From: Pseudomonas aeruginosa PAO1
GTDB taxonomy: Bacteria; Pseudomonadota; Gammaproteobacteria; Pseudomonadales; Pseudomonadaceae
Reading direction: 5' to 3' (one strand)
Assembly: GCF_000006765.1 (NCBI RefSeq)
Contig: NC_002516.2
Length of the DNA: 64,000 nucleotides
The notes under the pieces were generated by a model that worked only from the letters and a program-made list of their open reading frames with translations, was not told the origin of the DNA and ran no database searches. Below are positions 27,318-36,653 of the stretch, in pieces. Numbering within the stretch: position 1 is the stretch's first letter; each line of letters opens with the position of its first letter. The position numbers and the translations under genes were made by a program.

Positions 27318-28750
27318 CACCTATCCTCCATCACGTACTGGGACTGACCGGGATTTCCTTGGGAAGAGGCGGCGCCTTCGGGCCTGTCGCCCGACGCGCC
27401 GGTTCGTGGTTTGTCGGCGACCAGGTCGACCATCTCCGCGGCGAGGCCGACGTAGCCGACGGGGTCGAGCAGTTCTTCGAGCGCCTCGGCGCTGAAACAG
27501 CCGCGCAACCTTGGCTGCCCGAGCAGCGCCTCGCGGAACGGAACGCCCTGCCGCTGGGAGGCCTGGGTTATCTCATGGAGCAGTTCGTGGGCGGTCTGCT
27601 TGCCGAACTGCCCCGCCAGCGCGAGCATGACCCGCTCCGACAGGATCAGCCCACCCAGCAGGTCGAGGTTGGCGCGCATGCGTTCCTCGCGCACCTCGAG
27701 CCCCTCGGCCAGCACCGCCTCCATGCGGGTCAGCAAGGCGCCGGCGTAGACGAACAGCTCCGGCAACGCCGCCCACTCGATGCGCCAGGCGGTGCCGTCG
27801 CGCTCGTGCAACTGGAACGCGGCATCGGTGAGCGCCACCATCTGTGCCCGCACCAGCCGCGACAGCGCGCTGACCAGGTCGACCGACGACGGGTTCCGCT
27901 TGTGCGGCATGGTGCTGCTGCCCACCTGTCCCGGCCGGCTGCCCTCGCGTACCTCGTCGATTTCGCTGCGCTGCAGGTGGTAGATCTCGTTCGCCACCCG
28001 GCCCAGCGTCACCGACACCTGGACCAGCAACCCGGCAACCTCCAGCACCCGGTCCCGGGCGCTGTGCCAACTGGTCGACGGCGCGCCGAGGCCAAGCCTG
28101 GCCAGGGTTCGCCGCTGTAGCTCGAAGCCCTGGGCGCCGAACGACGCCAGGGTTCCCACGGCACCGGTCAGGTTGCCGACCAGGACGCGTTCGCGCGCTT
28201 CGTCGAAGCGCGCCAGGTGACGGTCGATTTCATCCACCCAGACGGCGACCTTGTAGCCGAAGGTCGTGGGCAGCGCCTGCTGCCCGTGGGTGCGTGCAAC
28301 CATCGGCGTGTGCTGGTGGCGCAGGGCAAGCGCCAGCAGATGGCCACGGATCGAGTGCAGGAGCCCGAGCGCATGGCCCCAGGCTTCCTTGACCTGCAGC
28401 ATCAGCCCGGTGTCGAGGATGTCCTGGGTGGTCACGCCATAGTGCACGTACTCCCCCCAGCTACCCTCGCACGACCTCGCCAGGGCGCGGATGGTAGGCA
28501 CCAGCAGGTGCCCTGTCTCCAGGCTTTCGCGGCCCAGTTGGGTGAGGTCGAAGCGCTCCACCTGGGCGGCGCGGTCGATCTCCCGCGCCGCCTCGTGGGG
28601 GATGATGCCCATCTCGGCCTGGGTCGCCGCCAAGGCTCGCTCGACATCCAGCCACCTCCGCACCTGGTTGGTATCGGAAAAGATCGCGGCGAATGCCGGG
28701 GACGAGTAGGCGCCCCCGTGTATACGGGATTCCGTAATGTGACTTGGCAT
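27317..28750 (-). CDS. flcC: Adenylosuccinate-lyase-family enzyme (fumarate-releasing lyase in fluopsin C pathway)
   Basis: Motifs GVTTQD, RTHGQQA and GSSTMPHKRNP. Paralogue of flcB. Confidence 0.85.
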   Translation of the reverse strand: MPSHITESRIHGGAYSSPAFAAIFSDTNQVRRWLDVERALAATQAEMGIIPHEAAREIDRAAQVERFDLTQLGRESLETGHLLVPTIRALARSCEGSWGEYVHYGVTTQDILDTGLMLQVKEAWGHALGLLHSIRGHLLALALRHQHTPMVARTHGQQALPTTFGYKVAVWVDEIDRHLARFDEARERVLVGNLTGAVGTLASFGAQGFELQRRTLARLGLGAPSTSWHSARDRVLEVAGLLVQVSVTLGRVANEIYHLQRSEIDEVREGSRPGQVGSSTMPHKRNPSSVDLVSALSRLVRAQMVALTDAAFQLHERDGTAWRIEWAALPELFVYAGALLTRMEAVLAEGLEVREERMRANLDLLGGLILSERVMLALAGQFGKQTAHELLHEITQASQRQGVPFREALLGQPRLRGCFSAEALEELLDPVGYVGLAAEMVDLVADKPRTGASGDRPEGAASSQGNPGQSQYVMEDR

Positions 28751-28780
28751 TTTCGAGTGCTCGCTTTGTCCCGGTGGAAG

Positions 28781-29767
28781 TCACTTGACGCTCTGCATCT
28801 CTTCCCAGATCGCGTCGTAATAGGCCCTTTCCACACGGAAGTGCTGCGATAGCGAGGTCAGGAACGCATTCTGGAACTGCACGTCCGGAATCCGCCGCGC
28901 GATGAGTTGCCATTCGCGCTTGGCCCGCGGCGGTACGAGGCTGATGTGGACCTTGTAGTACTCCGCCTGGTCCTCGCTCAGGCCGGCCTGGAGCAGGGCC
29001 CGATAGAGCTTTTCGTGGTTCCCCGGCACGACCAGTTCGGTGATGTAGAACACCGCCAGCCCCCAACCGACCTCGGCATGCCGGAAGGCACGGGCACGAT
29101 TGTTCAGGTAGGCGATTTCCTCGGGCATCGTCGACACGGCCTGGAAGTCCGCCTCCAGGCCGATGGCCTCGAGCAGCTTGGCCAGCAGGCGCGGATGCGA
29201 ACCCTTTTCGTCTTCCTCGCCCAACTCGCCATAGAGGTAACGCGCGAGCGCCGCGGCCTCGTCCACATCGGTCAGGTTGACCAACAGGTCGGCCGCATCG
29301 CGGTACAGGCGGAAGGTGCGGAACCACTGGTGACGGAGGAACACCTGGAGCTGCGCGCGGGAGGCCGAGCCGGAGAACACGTACTGCGACATCGGGTGCC
29401 GCTCGCGGGACTGCGCGGCGATTTCCTGTTCGAGACGCTTCTGGAAATCCTCCTCGGACAGCGCCCTGGAAAGATCGGCGGCGGGCATGAAACGCTCTTC
29501 GACGCGATAGATCGCCCGGGCCAGCCAGCGCCGGGTCTGGGCGGTCGCCACGTCGTCGCTCAACGAAAGGACGTAGAGCAACTGCTGGTACGCGGCATAG
29601 GCCTGGCGGTCGCCCTTGAGCCCTGCCTCGGCCAGCGCGGCCAGCTTGCTCGCGGCGCTATCGATCTGGCGGGAAGTAGCGTGGACGGCCAGCGCATCGG
29701 CAACGATGCGTGCTTCTTCGATGGGCAGGTTCTGCAACTGCGGCAGGGAAAAATTGCGGGTATTCAT
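28781..29767 (-). CDS. flcD: Heme-oxygenase-like diiron oxidase (HDO)
   Basis: GGAG SD, ATG 29767. HDO-type ligand spacing: RERHP, GEE...GSH, E....NH, KVH. Confidence 0.85.
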   Translation of the reverse strand: MNTRNFSLPQLQNLPIEEARIVADALAVHATSRQIDSAASKLAALAEAGLKGDRQAYAAYQQLLYVLSLSDDVATAQTRRWLARAIYRVEERFMPAADLSRALSEEDFQKRLEQEIAAQSRERHPMSQYVFSGSASRAQLQVFLRHQWFRTFRLYRDAADLLVNLTDVDEAAALARYLYGELGEEDEKGSHPRLLAKLLEAIGLEADFQAVSTMPEEIAYLNNRARAFRHAEVGWGLAVFYITELVVPGNHEKLYRALLQAGLSEDQAEYYKVHISLVPPRAKREWQLIARRIPDVQFQNAFLTSLSQHFRVERAYYDAIWEEMQSVK

Positions 29768-29799
29768 CCTGTACTCCTTGTTCTTGTTCTGGATAGGCA

Positions 29800-30837
29800 T
29801 CAGGCCATGGCCAGGGAATTCGCCTGCATCTGCTCCCAGAGCAGGTCGAAGTAGGCCCGGTTGATTTCGAAGTGGCGCGCCAGCGACTGCATGAACTTGC
29901 GCTGGAAGTCTTCGCTCGGCGCGAACTTGGCGATCAGCGCCCACATCTCCTCGGTATCGATCTCGTCCTGGGTGCCGTGCAGGCGATGGAACTCGCTGGG
30001 TTGCTCGGGCACGCCCAGGCGCTGCAGGAGTTCGTAGATGCGCCGGTGGTTGACGCAGCTCACCGACTCGACCGCGTACAGGAGCGCAAGGCCCCAGGCG
30101 ACATCGGTGTGCCGCACGCAACGGATACGGTTGTTGAGGTAGGCCTTCTCCAGCGGATGCAGCGCCGGGAAATCGATGCGCAGCGGTATGTCGAAGTAGG
30201 TCATCAGGTGGGACAGCAACGCGGGGTGCGAGCGCTCCGGCGTCTCCGCCCCGGCCTCGCCGTAGAGGTTGCGGTAGAACACCGAGGCGTCCTCGATGTT
30301 TTCGAAGCGGAAGGCCAGCTCCGCCAGGAGGCTGTAGAAGTTGTAGGAACGGACCCAATGGTGTTCCAGGAAGAAGCGCACGTCCTCGACCGGCGGCGTG
30401 CCCTGGAACAGGTGGACCGACATGGGATGGCGCACCCGGCTGCGCGCCTCGATCTCGGCGTCGACCTTCTTGCGGAACTCCTCCACCGGGACGGCGCTGA
30501 AACCGGCCGGCTCGGGAGCGAAACGATCCTCGACCAGGTAGACCTGGCTCGCCATCCAGCGGCGGGTCGGCTCCGTATGCGGATCGCTGCCTACGTGCAG
30601 TTCCAGGAGCAACGCCTGGTACTGCGCGTAAGCCGAAGCATCGCCGCCCAGGCCTTTGGCCGTGACCGCGAGAATCGCCTCGAGCGCGAGCGTGATCTGG
30701 TCCAGGGAGGCACCGGGTTTCAAGGCTTCAGCCAGGAGAGCCGATGCATTTCGGGCAGGTTCCGACATTGTCCGCTGGGAACGGATATTCATATCGGAGG
30801 AAGAACTGCAGCATTGCTGTAACGGATTTGAAGTCAT
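29800..30837 (-). CDS. flcE: Heme-oxygenase-like diiron oxidase (HDO)
   Basis: ATG 30837. Motifs RVRHP, GEAG...RSH, ESV..VNH, LHG...E. Paralogue of flcD. Confidence 0.85.
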   Translation of the reverse strand: MTSNPLQQCCSSSSDMNIRSQRTMSEPARNASALLAEALKPGASLDQITLALEAILAVTAKGLGGDASAYAQYQALLLELHVGSDPHTEPTRRWMASQVYLVEDRFAPEPAGFSAVPVEEFRKKVDAEIEARSRVRHPMSVHLFQGTPPVEDVRFFLEHHWVRSYNFYSLLAELAFRFENIEDASVFYRNLYGEAGAETPERSHPALLSHLMTYFDIPLRIDFPALHPLEKAYLNNRIRCVRHTDVAWGLALLYAVESVSCVNHRRIYELLQRLGVPEQPSEFHRLHGTQDEIDTEEMWALIAKFAPSEDFQRKFMQSLARHFEINRAYFDLLWEQMQANSLAMA

Positions 30838-30872
30838 TTGGATCACCCTTGTTTTTGTTGTTGTGCGGGGCG

Positions 30873-30903
30873 ACCGTAAAGCTTGCCACGGTGGCAAGGT
30901 CAA
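30873..30903 (-). promoter_or_regulatory. CueR (MerR-type) promoter of the flc operon
   Basis: TTGACC-19 bp-TACGGT, with dyad CTTGCCAC-C-GTGGCAAG in the spacer. Confidence 0.9.
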
Positions 30904-31237
30904 GCAATGCAGCGGCCTTCTCGGCGGACAACGGAGTTCGCCGAAAGGTGCTCTTCGATAACACTGGATGCGCTGCGAAAAACCCCGAGCTAAAGGCCTG
31001 CGAATCCATCGGAGAATAACTTTTAGGGTTTCCTGTCAGCGCCTCTTTCCGTTCACATAACTGTCACCTCGCGGCCGACTGAAATATTGATTTACAAATT
31101 CCAAAGCGTTCTTTCCACAATAGCCAAGCGCCATTGATGGCATATGGCGCGCAGACTTCAATGAAAATCATTTTCCTATTGCCGGCACTGGGCGAAACGC
31201 TACTATCCGACCCTACGCCTGCGTCATGCCCATGCAC

Positions 31238-31432
31238 TCAACGGCCCTCCGGATAACCGGCCTCGCTCAACGCCTCGAGGAATGCGTGCTTGTCCAGAGT
31301 GCTCTCGACCCTGGCCTCGCGCCGAGGGGGATCGGTCTCTACGCGCGCCTGGGGATCGACGCCGTGCAGGATACGGGTGACAGTCTTGGCACAACCGCCG
31401 CAGGTCATGTTCGGAATATGGAAAGAAAACAT
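31238..31432 (-). CDS. copZ1: CopZ-type copper chaperone (HMA domain)
   Basis: 64 aa with an MTCGGC metal-binding motif, preceded by a CueR promoter. Confidence 0.9.
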   Translation of the reverse strand: MFSFHIPNMTCGGCAKTVTRILHGVDPQARVETDPPRREARVESTLDKHAFLEALSEAGYPEGR

Positions 31433-31462
31433 CGCAACCTCCTGGTTTGTTGACTCCTGCGA

Positions 31463-31493
31463 ACCATGAGTCCTGCCATCGTGACAAGGTCAA
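31463..31493 (-). promoter_or_regulatory. CueR promoter of copZ1
   Basis: TTGACC-TTGTCACGATGGCAGGACT (19 bp)-CATGGT. Confidence 0.88.
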
Positions 31494-32019
31494 CTCATAA
31501 ATCTCTCAGGTAAACCAAACTTTCAAAAATTCATATGAATAGTTCCAGAGGTTATTCCGCAAACTTAAAACAACGAGCAAAGCCAAGTTCGAACATATAG
31601 AACAACTCCGCCCGACAACCGAGATACCGCGTCAGCCAGCTCCACTCACTATTGAGGAACCTCTCGACGATATTCTCCGTGCGGCGCGAGCGCAGAGGCA
31701 CAGGAGTGACTTCATCCAATAAGAAACGGCGGGCAGCCGGAACGTACCTGAAGAACAGTGAGAAAGTAATACTTCTCCACTCTTCTGAACATTGAATTCC
31801 CGAGCAGATACTTTCCATCTGCCCTCTTCACTCATCCATCTGAATGAACTACCGAAAAAGAGTTCGGAACCGACTTATCGATAAGGCGGACAGGGACGAG
31901 TGATCCGCGCCAGGCAATCCGTACTCCCGGGGTTCGCCAAATAACCGGAGGACGCGCCGCACGGCCCTCGACCCAGGCAGTCGAGCGAAGGCCGGCGGCC
32001 GGAAGCCGCCGGCGGCTGA

Positions 32020-33495
32020 TCAGGAGCGACTGTCGCGCTGCCGTGCCACGCCTGGAGAGGTATCGTCGGTAGCCACGCCACAGCGCCGCGCCCCCGCGCA
32101 GGCCTCCCAGCCACCCCCCAGCGCCTTGTAGATACCCACGACGGCAAGGCGCTGCTCGGTGCGCGCGATGCTCAATGCGCGCCGGCTGAGGTAGTCCGAG
32201 CGTTCCGCCTCGAGCACGTCCAGGTACTCGCCGTCCCCCTGGACGAAGCGCTCCCGGGCCAGGCGCGCCGCCTCGCGATTGGCCGTCGCCTCGAGCAGGC
32301 GCAGGCGGAGCCTGTCAGCGGCAGCGCCATAGCCGTTGAAGGCATCATCGGTCTCCTGCAGGGCGCGCAGTACCGTCCGGTCGTAGAGGATCAATGCCTC
32401 CTGCGCACGGGCTTCGCTGGCGGCGATCCGCGCCCACACGCGACCGCGGTCGAGTAACGCCCAGCGAATCACCGGGTTCAGGACGTTGAAGGACGTACCA
32501 CTCTCGTCCAAAGCATCGAGATTGCCGGCGACCAGGCCGATCGAGCCGCGTACCTCGACCTGCGGATACAGCCCCGCGGTCTCGACGCCGATACGTGCGG
32601 TCGCGGCCGCCAGGTTGCGTTCGGCCGCGGCGATGTCAGCGCGACGCGCCAGCAGTCCCGCCGGGTCGCCGACCCCGAGGGTGCGGAGCGTCAGCCTTTC
32701 CCCGGAGGCACGGGCGACCGGCGGGCTGAAGGCCTGCGGGGCTTCCGCGAGGAGAACGGCCAGCGCATTGCGGGTGGCGGCGCGGCGCCGTTCGAGGTCG
32801 GGCACGGCCGCCTCGACGTTGTGCAATAACGCTTCGGCGCGCAACCGGTCGAACTCGTGGGCGGAGCCGGCGCTGACCAGGCGTTCGACCATCTCCAGGC
32901 TGTCGCGCTGGTTGCCGGCGATGTCATGGACCACCGCAAGTTCGGCCTCGATGCCCTGTAGCTGGAACCAGGACATGGCAACCGTAGCCGCGACGCTCGC
33001 CTGCACGTTGCGCAGCAGGGCCTCGCGCGAGCCCGCCTGCGCCTCGGCGGCCTCCACCGAGCGCCGCACCCGGCCGAACAGGTCGATTTCCCAGGAAGCA
33101 TCCAGCGCGCCGCGATAGGTCTCGATGTCGCGCTGCTGGCCGGCCGGTGTTTCCACCTCGCCGCGCCGCCGGGCCTGGTAATCGAACGCCGGGCCGCCGC
33201 GCGGCAGGAACTCTTCGCGGTTCTCGCGCAGCAGCGCCTTCGCTTCGTCCAGGCGCGCGCCGGCAAGGGCGATGTCGAGGTTCGCCGCGAGCGCCCGCTG
33301 GATCAGAGACTCCAGGGCTGGCTCGTCGAACCCGCGCCACCACTCGATCTCCACGCCACTGCCATCGATACCCGCCGGCATCGCGCCGAAGCTGGCCGGT
33401 GCGGACGCGCTCGGCGGCGCATAGTCGGGCCCCACCGCGGCACAGCCGCCCAGCAGGATCAGCGCGCTCAACGAAGACCGCAGGTATGGCTTCAT
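32020..33495 (-). CDS. opmE: RND outer-membrane factor lipoprotein
   Basis: ATG 33495. Lipobox LLGGC and OMF motif SWEIDLFGR. Confidence 0.93.
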   Translation of the reverse strand: MKPYLRSSLSALILLGGCAAVGPDYAPPSASAPASFGAMPAGIDGSGVEIEWWRGFDEPALESLIQRALAANLDIALAGARLDEAKALLRENREEFLPRGGPAFDYQARRRGEVETPAGQQRDIETYRGALDASWEIDLFGRVRRSVEAAEAQAGSREALLRNVQASVAATVAMSWFQLQGIEAELAVVHDIAGNQRDSLEMVERLVSAGSAHEFDRLRAEALLHNVEAAVPDLERRRAATRNALAVLLAEAPQAFSPPVARASGERLTLRTLGVGDPAGLLARRADIAAAERNLAAATARIGVETAGLYPQVEVRGSIGLVAGNLDALDESGTSFNVLNPVIRWALLDRGRVWARIAASEARAQEALILYDRTVLRALQETDDAFNGYGAAADRLRLRLLEATANREAARLARERFVQGDGEYLDVLEAERSDYLSRRALSIARTEQRLAVVGIYKALGGGWEACAGARRCGVATDDTSPGVARQRDSRS

Positions 33496-36400
33496 GGACG
33501 GCCTCCCTCCAGATGCGCCAGGCTGCCGCCGGCGCGTCGCTCCAGGCGCGCCGCCAGTGCCCGTACCAGTACGTAGAACACCGGCGTGAGGAACAGGCCG
33601 AACAGCGTCACCCCGAGCATCCCGGCGAATACCGCGACGCCCATCGCCTGGCGCATTTCCGCTCCGGCGCCGCTGGCCATGACCAACGGCACCACGCCGG
33701 CGATGAACGCCAGCGAGGTCATCAGGATCGGCCGCAGGCGCAGGCGGCAAGCCTCGACCACCGCCTCCAGCGCACGGGCGCCCTCGGCCTCCAGCGTGCG
33801 GGCGAACTCGACGATCAGGATCGCGTTCTTCGCCGCCAGGCCTACCAGCACCACCAGCCCGATCTGGACGAACACGTTGTTGTCGCCGCCCACCAGCCAC
33901 ACCCCGGCGATCGCGCTGAGCAGGCACATCGGCACGATCAGCAGGACCGCCAGCGGCAACAGCCAGCTGTTGTACTGCGCGGCGAGGATCAGGTAGGCCA
34001 GCAGCACGCACAGCGGGAAGATGAACAGCGCGCTGTTGCCGGCCAGCTTCTGCTGGTAGGTCAGGTCGGTCCATTCGAAGGTCATGCCCTCGGGCAGCAC
34101 TTCGCCGGCCAGGCGCTCCATCAACGCCACCGCCTGTCCCGAACTGACGCCGGGAAGCGCGCCGCCGCTGATATCCGCCGACGGATAGCCGTTGTAGTGG
34201 ATCACCCGGTCGGGACCGGAGCTGGGCGTCACGGTGACGAACGAGGACAGCGGCAACATCGCCCCGGCGGCATTGCGTACCTGCAGGCGCCCGATGGCTT
34301 CGGCCTGCATGCGGTGCGGCGCATCGGCCTGGGCAGTGACCTTGTAGGTGCGACCGAAGCGGTTGAAGTCGTTGATGTACAGCGAGCCGAGGTAGACCTG
34401 CAATGCCTCGAACACATCGGCCAGGCGAACGCCCTGGCTCTTCACCTTGGTGCGGTCGACCACCACCTCGAGCTGCGGGGCATTGATATCGAAGCTGGTC
34501 ATCAAGCCCCCGAGCTGGCCGGACTCAGTGGCCTTCATCATCAGCACCTGGGTCTGCCTGGCCAGGGCTTCCAGCCCGGCGCCGCCGCGATCCTCGACCT
34601 GCATCTTGAAGCCGCCGATGGTTCCCAGCCCCGGTACCGGCGGCGGCGGGAAGACCCCGAGGAAGCCGTCGGGAATGCTGGCGAACCTGGCTTGCAGGCG
34701 CCCGGCGATGGCCAGCGCGCCGAGATCGGCGGAGGTGCGCGATTCGAACGGATCGAGCATGAAGAACATGACCGCGGCGTTCGGCACGTTGACGAAACCG
34801 TTCACCGACAGGCCCGGGAAGGCCACGACGCTCTCCACCCCCGGCTCGTCGAGGCCGATCCGGGACATCTGCCTGACCACCGCATCGGTACGCTCCAGCG
34901 ACGCTCCGTTCGGCAACTGGGCGATGCCGACCAGATAGTACTTGTCCTGCATCGGCACGAAGCCCGGCGGCACCGCCTGGAAACCGACCCAGGTCAGGCC
35001 AAGCAGGCCCCCATACACCACCAGGGCCAGGCCGCTCACCCGCACCACCTTGCGCACCGCGTTGCCGTAGGCCTCGGGGGCATTTCGCAACGGTCGGCCG
35101 AGGACCTGGAGCAGTCGCTGGAAGCGCCCCGCCACCGCACCTCCGGCCGGCCGCGGACGCAACAGCAGGCCCGCCAGGGCCGGGCTGAGGGTCAGCGAGT
35201 TGAGCGCCGACAGGATGGTGGAGATGGCGATGGTCAGGGCGAACTGACGATAGAACTCGCCCTGCAGGCCACTGAGAAAGGCCGTGGGGATGAACACCGC
35301 CGCCAGCACCGAGGTGATCGCCATGATCGGCCCGGTGACCTCGTCCATCGCACGCCGCGCGGCCTGGAGCGGCGGCTCGCCGTTCTCGATGTGGCGCTCG
35401 ACGTTTTCCACCACCACGATGGCGTCATCGACGACGATGCCGATCGACAACACCAGGCCGAACAACGACAGGGTATTCAGCGAGAAACCCATCAGGTGCA
35501 TGACGGCGAAGGTGCCGACCAGCGAGACCGGCACGGCCATCAGCGGAATCAGCGAAGCACGCCAGCTACGCAGGAACAGCACCACCACCACCACGACCAG
35601 CAGGATCGCCTCCAGCAGGGTGGTGGCCACGGTCTGCAACGAAGCGCGGACGAACACCGTCGGGTCGTAGGCGATGCGCGCGCTCAGGCCGGCCGGGAAG
35701 TTGCCTTCGAGCCTCGCCACGGTGGCACGCACCGCTTCGGCGGTATCCAGCGCGTTGGCTCCGGGGCTCTGGATGATCTGCAAGGCCACCGCCGGCTCGC
35801 CGTCCAGCAGGCTGCGCAGCGCATAGGCATCGCCGCCCATCTCGATCCGCGCGACGTCGCGCAGGCGCGTCACCTGGCCGTCGGCGCCGGTGCGGACGAT
35901 GATGTCGCCGAACTGCTCTTCGTCGCTCAGCCGCCCGAGGGTATTCACCGTGACCTGGAAGGCCGCGGTGGAGTCCGGCGCCTGGCCGACGGCGCCGGCC
36001 GCCACCTGGACGTTCTGTTCGCGTACCGCGGCGATCACTTCGCCCGCCGTCAGCCCGCGCGCGGCGATCAGGTCGGGGTCGAGCCACAGGCGCATGCTGT
36101 ACTCGCCGGCGCCCCACACCACCACATCGCTGATCCCCGGCAGGCGCAGCAGTTCGTCGCGCACCTGGAGGTAGGCGTAGTTCGAGATGTACAGCGGGTC
36201 GTAGCGTTGCTCCGGCGACAGCAGGTGCACCACCATGAGGATGTCCGGCGAGGTCTTCTGGGTGACCACGCCCTGCCGCTGCACCTCGTCGGGCAGGCGC
36301 GAGAGCACCCGCGAGACCCGGTTCTGCACCTGGATCTGGGCCATGTCGGGATCGATGTGCTGGTCGAAGGTGATGGTCAGGATCATTCGCCCGTCGGTGG

Positions 36401-36653
36401 CCGACTGCGAGGACATGTACAGCATCCCCTCGACCCCGGTGATCGCCTGCTCCAGCGGTGTCGCCACCGTCTGCGCGATCACGTCGGGGTTGGCGCCGGG
36501 ATAGGCGGTAGTCACCTGCACGGTCGGCGGCGTCACCGCCGGGTATTCGCTCAGCGGCAACTGGAAGAACGAAACGATGCCTCCGATCATCATCAGCACC
36601 GAAAGAACGATGGCGAAGATCGGCCTATCGATGAAGAAGCGTGGGAATGTCAT
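33492..36653 (-). CDS. mexQ: RND efflux transporter (HAE1)
   Basis: 1053 aa starting FFIDRPIFA. Motifs GIVVDDAIVVVENVER, KNAILIVEF and RLRPILMTS. Confidence 0.95.
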   Translation of the reverse strand: MTFPRFFIDRPIFAIVLSVLMMIGGIVSFFQLPLSEYPAVTPPTVQVTTAYPGANPDVIAQTVATPLEQAITGVEGMLYMSSQSATDGRMILTITFDQHIDPDMAQIQVQNRVSRVLSRLPDEVQRQGVVTQKTSPDILMVVHLLSPEQRYDPLYISNYAYLQVRDELLRLPGISDVVVWGAGEYSMRLWLDPDLIAARGLTAGEVIAAVREQNVQVAAGAVGQAPDSTAAFQVTVNTLGRLSDEEQFGDIIVRTGADGQVTRLRDVARIEMGGDAYALRSLLDGEPAVALQIIQSPGANALDTAEAVRATVARLEGNFPAGLSARIAYDPTVFVRASLQTVATTLLEAILLVVVVVVLFLRSWRASLIPLMAVPVSLVGTFAVMHLMGFSLNTLSLFGLVLSIGIVVDDAIVVVENVERHIENGEPPLQAARRAMDEVTGPIMAITSVLAAVFIPTAFLSGLQGEFYRQFALTIAISTILSALNSLTLSPALAGLLLRPRPAGGAVAGRFQRLLQVLGRPLRNAPEAYGNAVRKVVRVSGLALVVYGGLLGLTWVGFQAVPPGFVPMQDKYYLVGIAQLPNGASLERTDAVVRQMSRIGLDEPGVESVVAFPGLSVNGFVNVPNAAVMFFMLDPFESRTSADLGALAIAGRLQARFASIPDGFLGVFPPPPVPGLGTIGGFKMQVEDRGGAGLEALARQTQVLMMKATESGQLGGLMTSFDINAPQLEVVVDRTKVKSQGVRLADVFEALQVYLGSLYINDFNRFGRTYKVTAQADAPHRMQAEAIGRLQVRNAAGAMLPLSSFVTVTPSSGPDRVIHYNGYPSADISGGALPGVSSGQAVALMERLAGEVLPEGMTFEWTDLTYQQKLAGNSALFIFPLCVLLAYLILAAQYNSWLLPLAVLLIVPMCLLSAIAGVWLVGGDNNVFVQIGLVVLVGLAAKNAILIVEFARTLEAEGARALEAVVEACRLRLRPILMTSLAFIAGVVPLVMASGAGAEMRQAMGVAVFAGMLGVTLFGLFLTPVFYVLVRALAARLERRAGGSLAHLEGGRP

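Noticed and set aside
31087-31100. Possible Anr box TTGATTTACAAATT
   Set aside because: Only the TTGAT half-site is present; the ATCAA half is missing.
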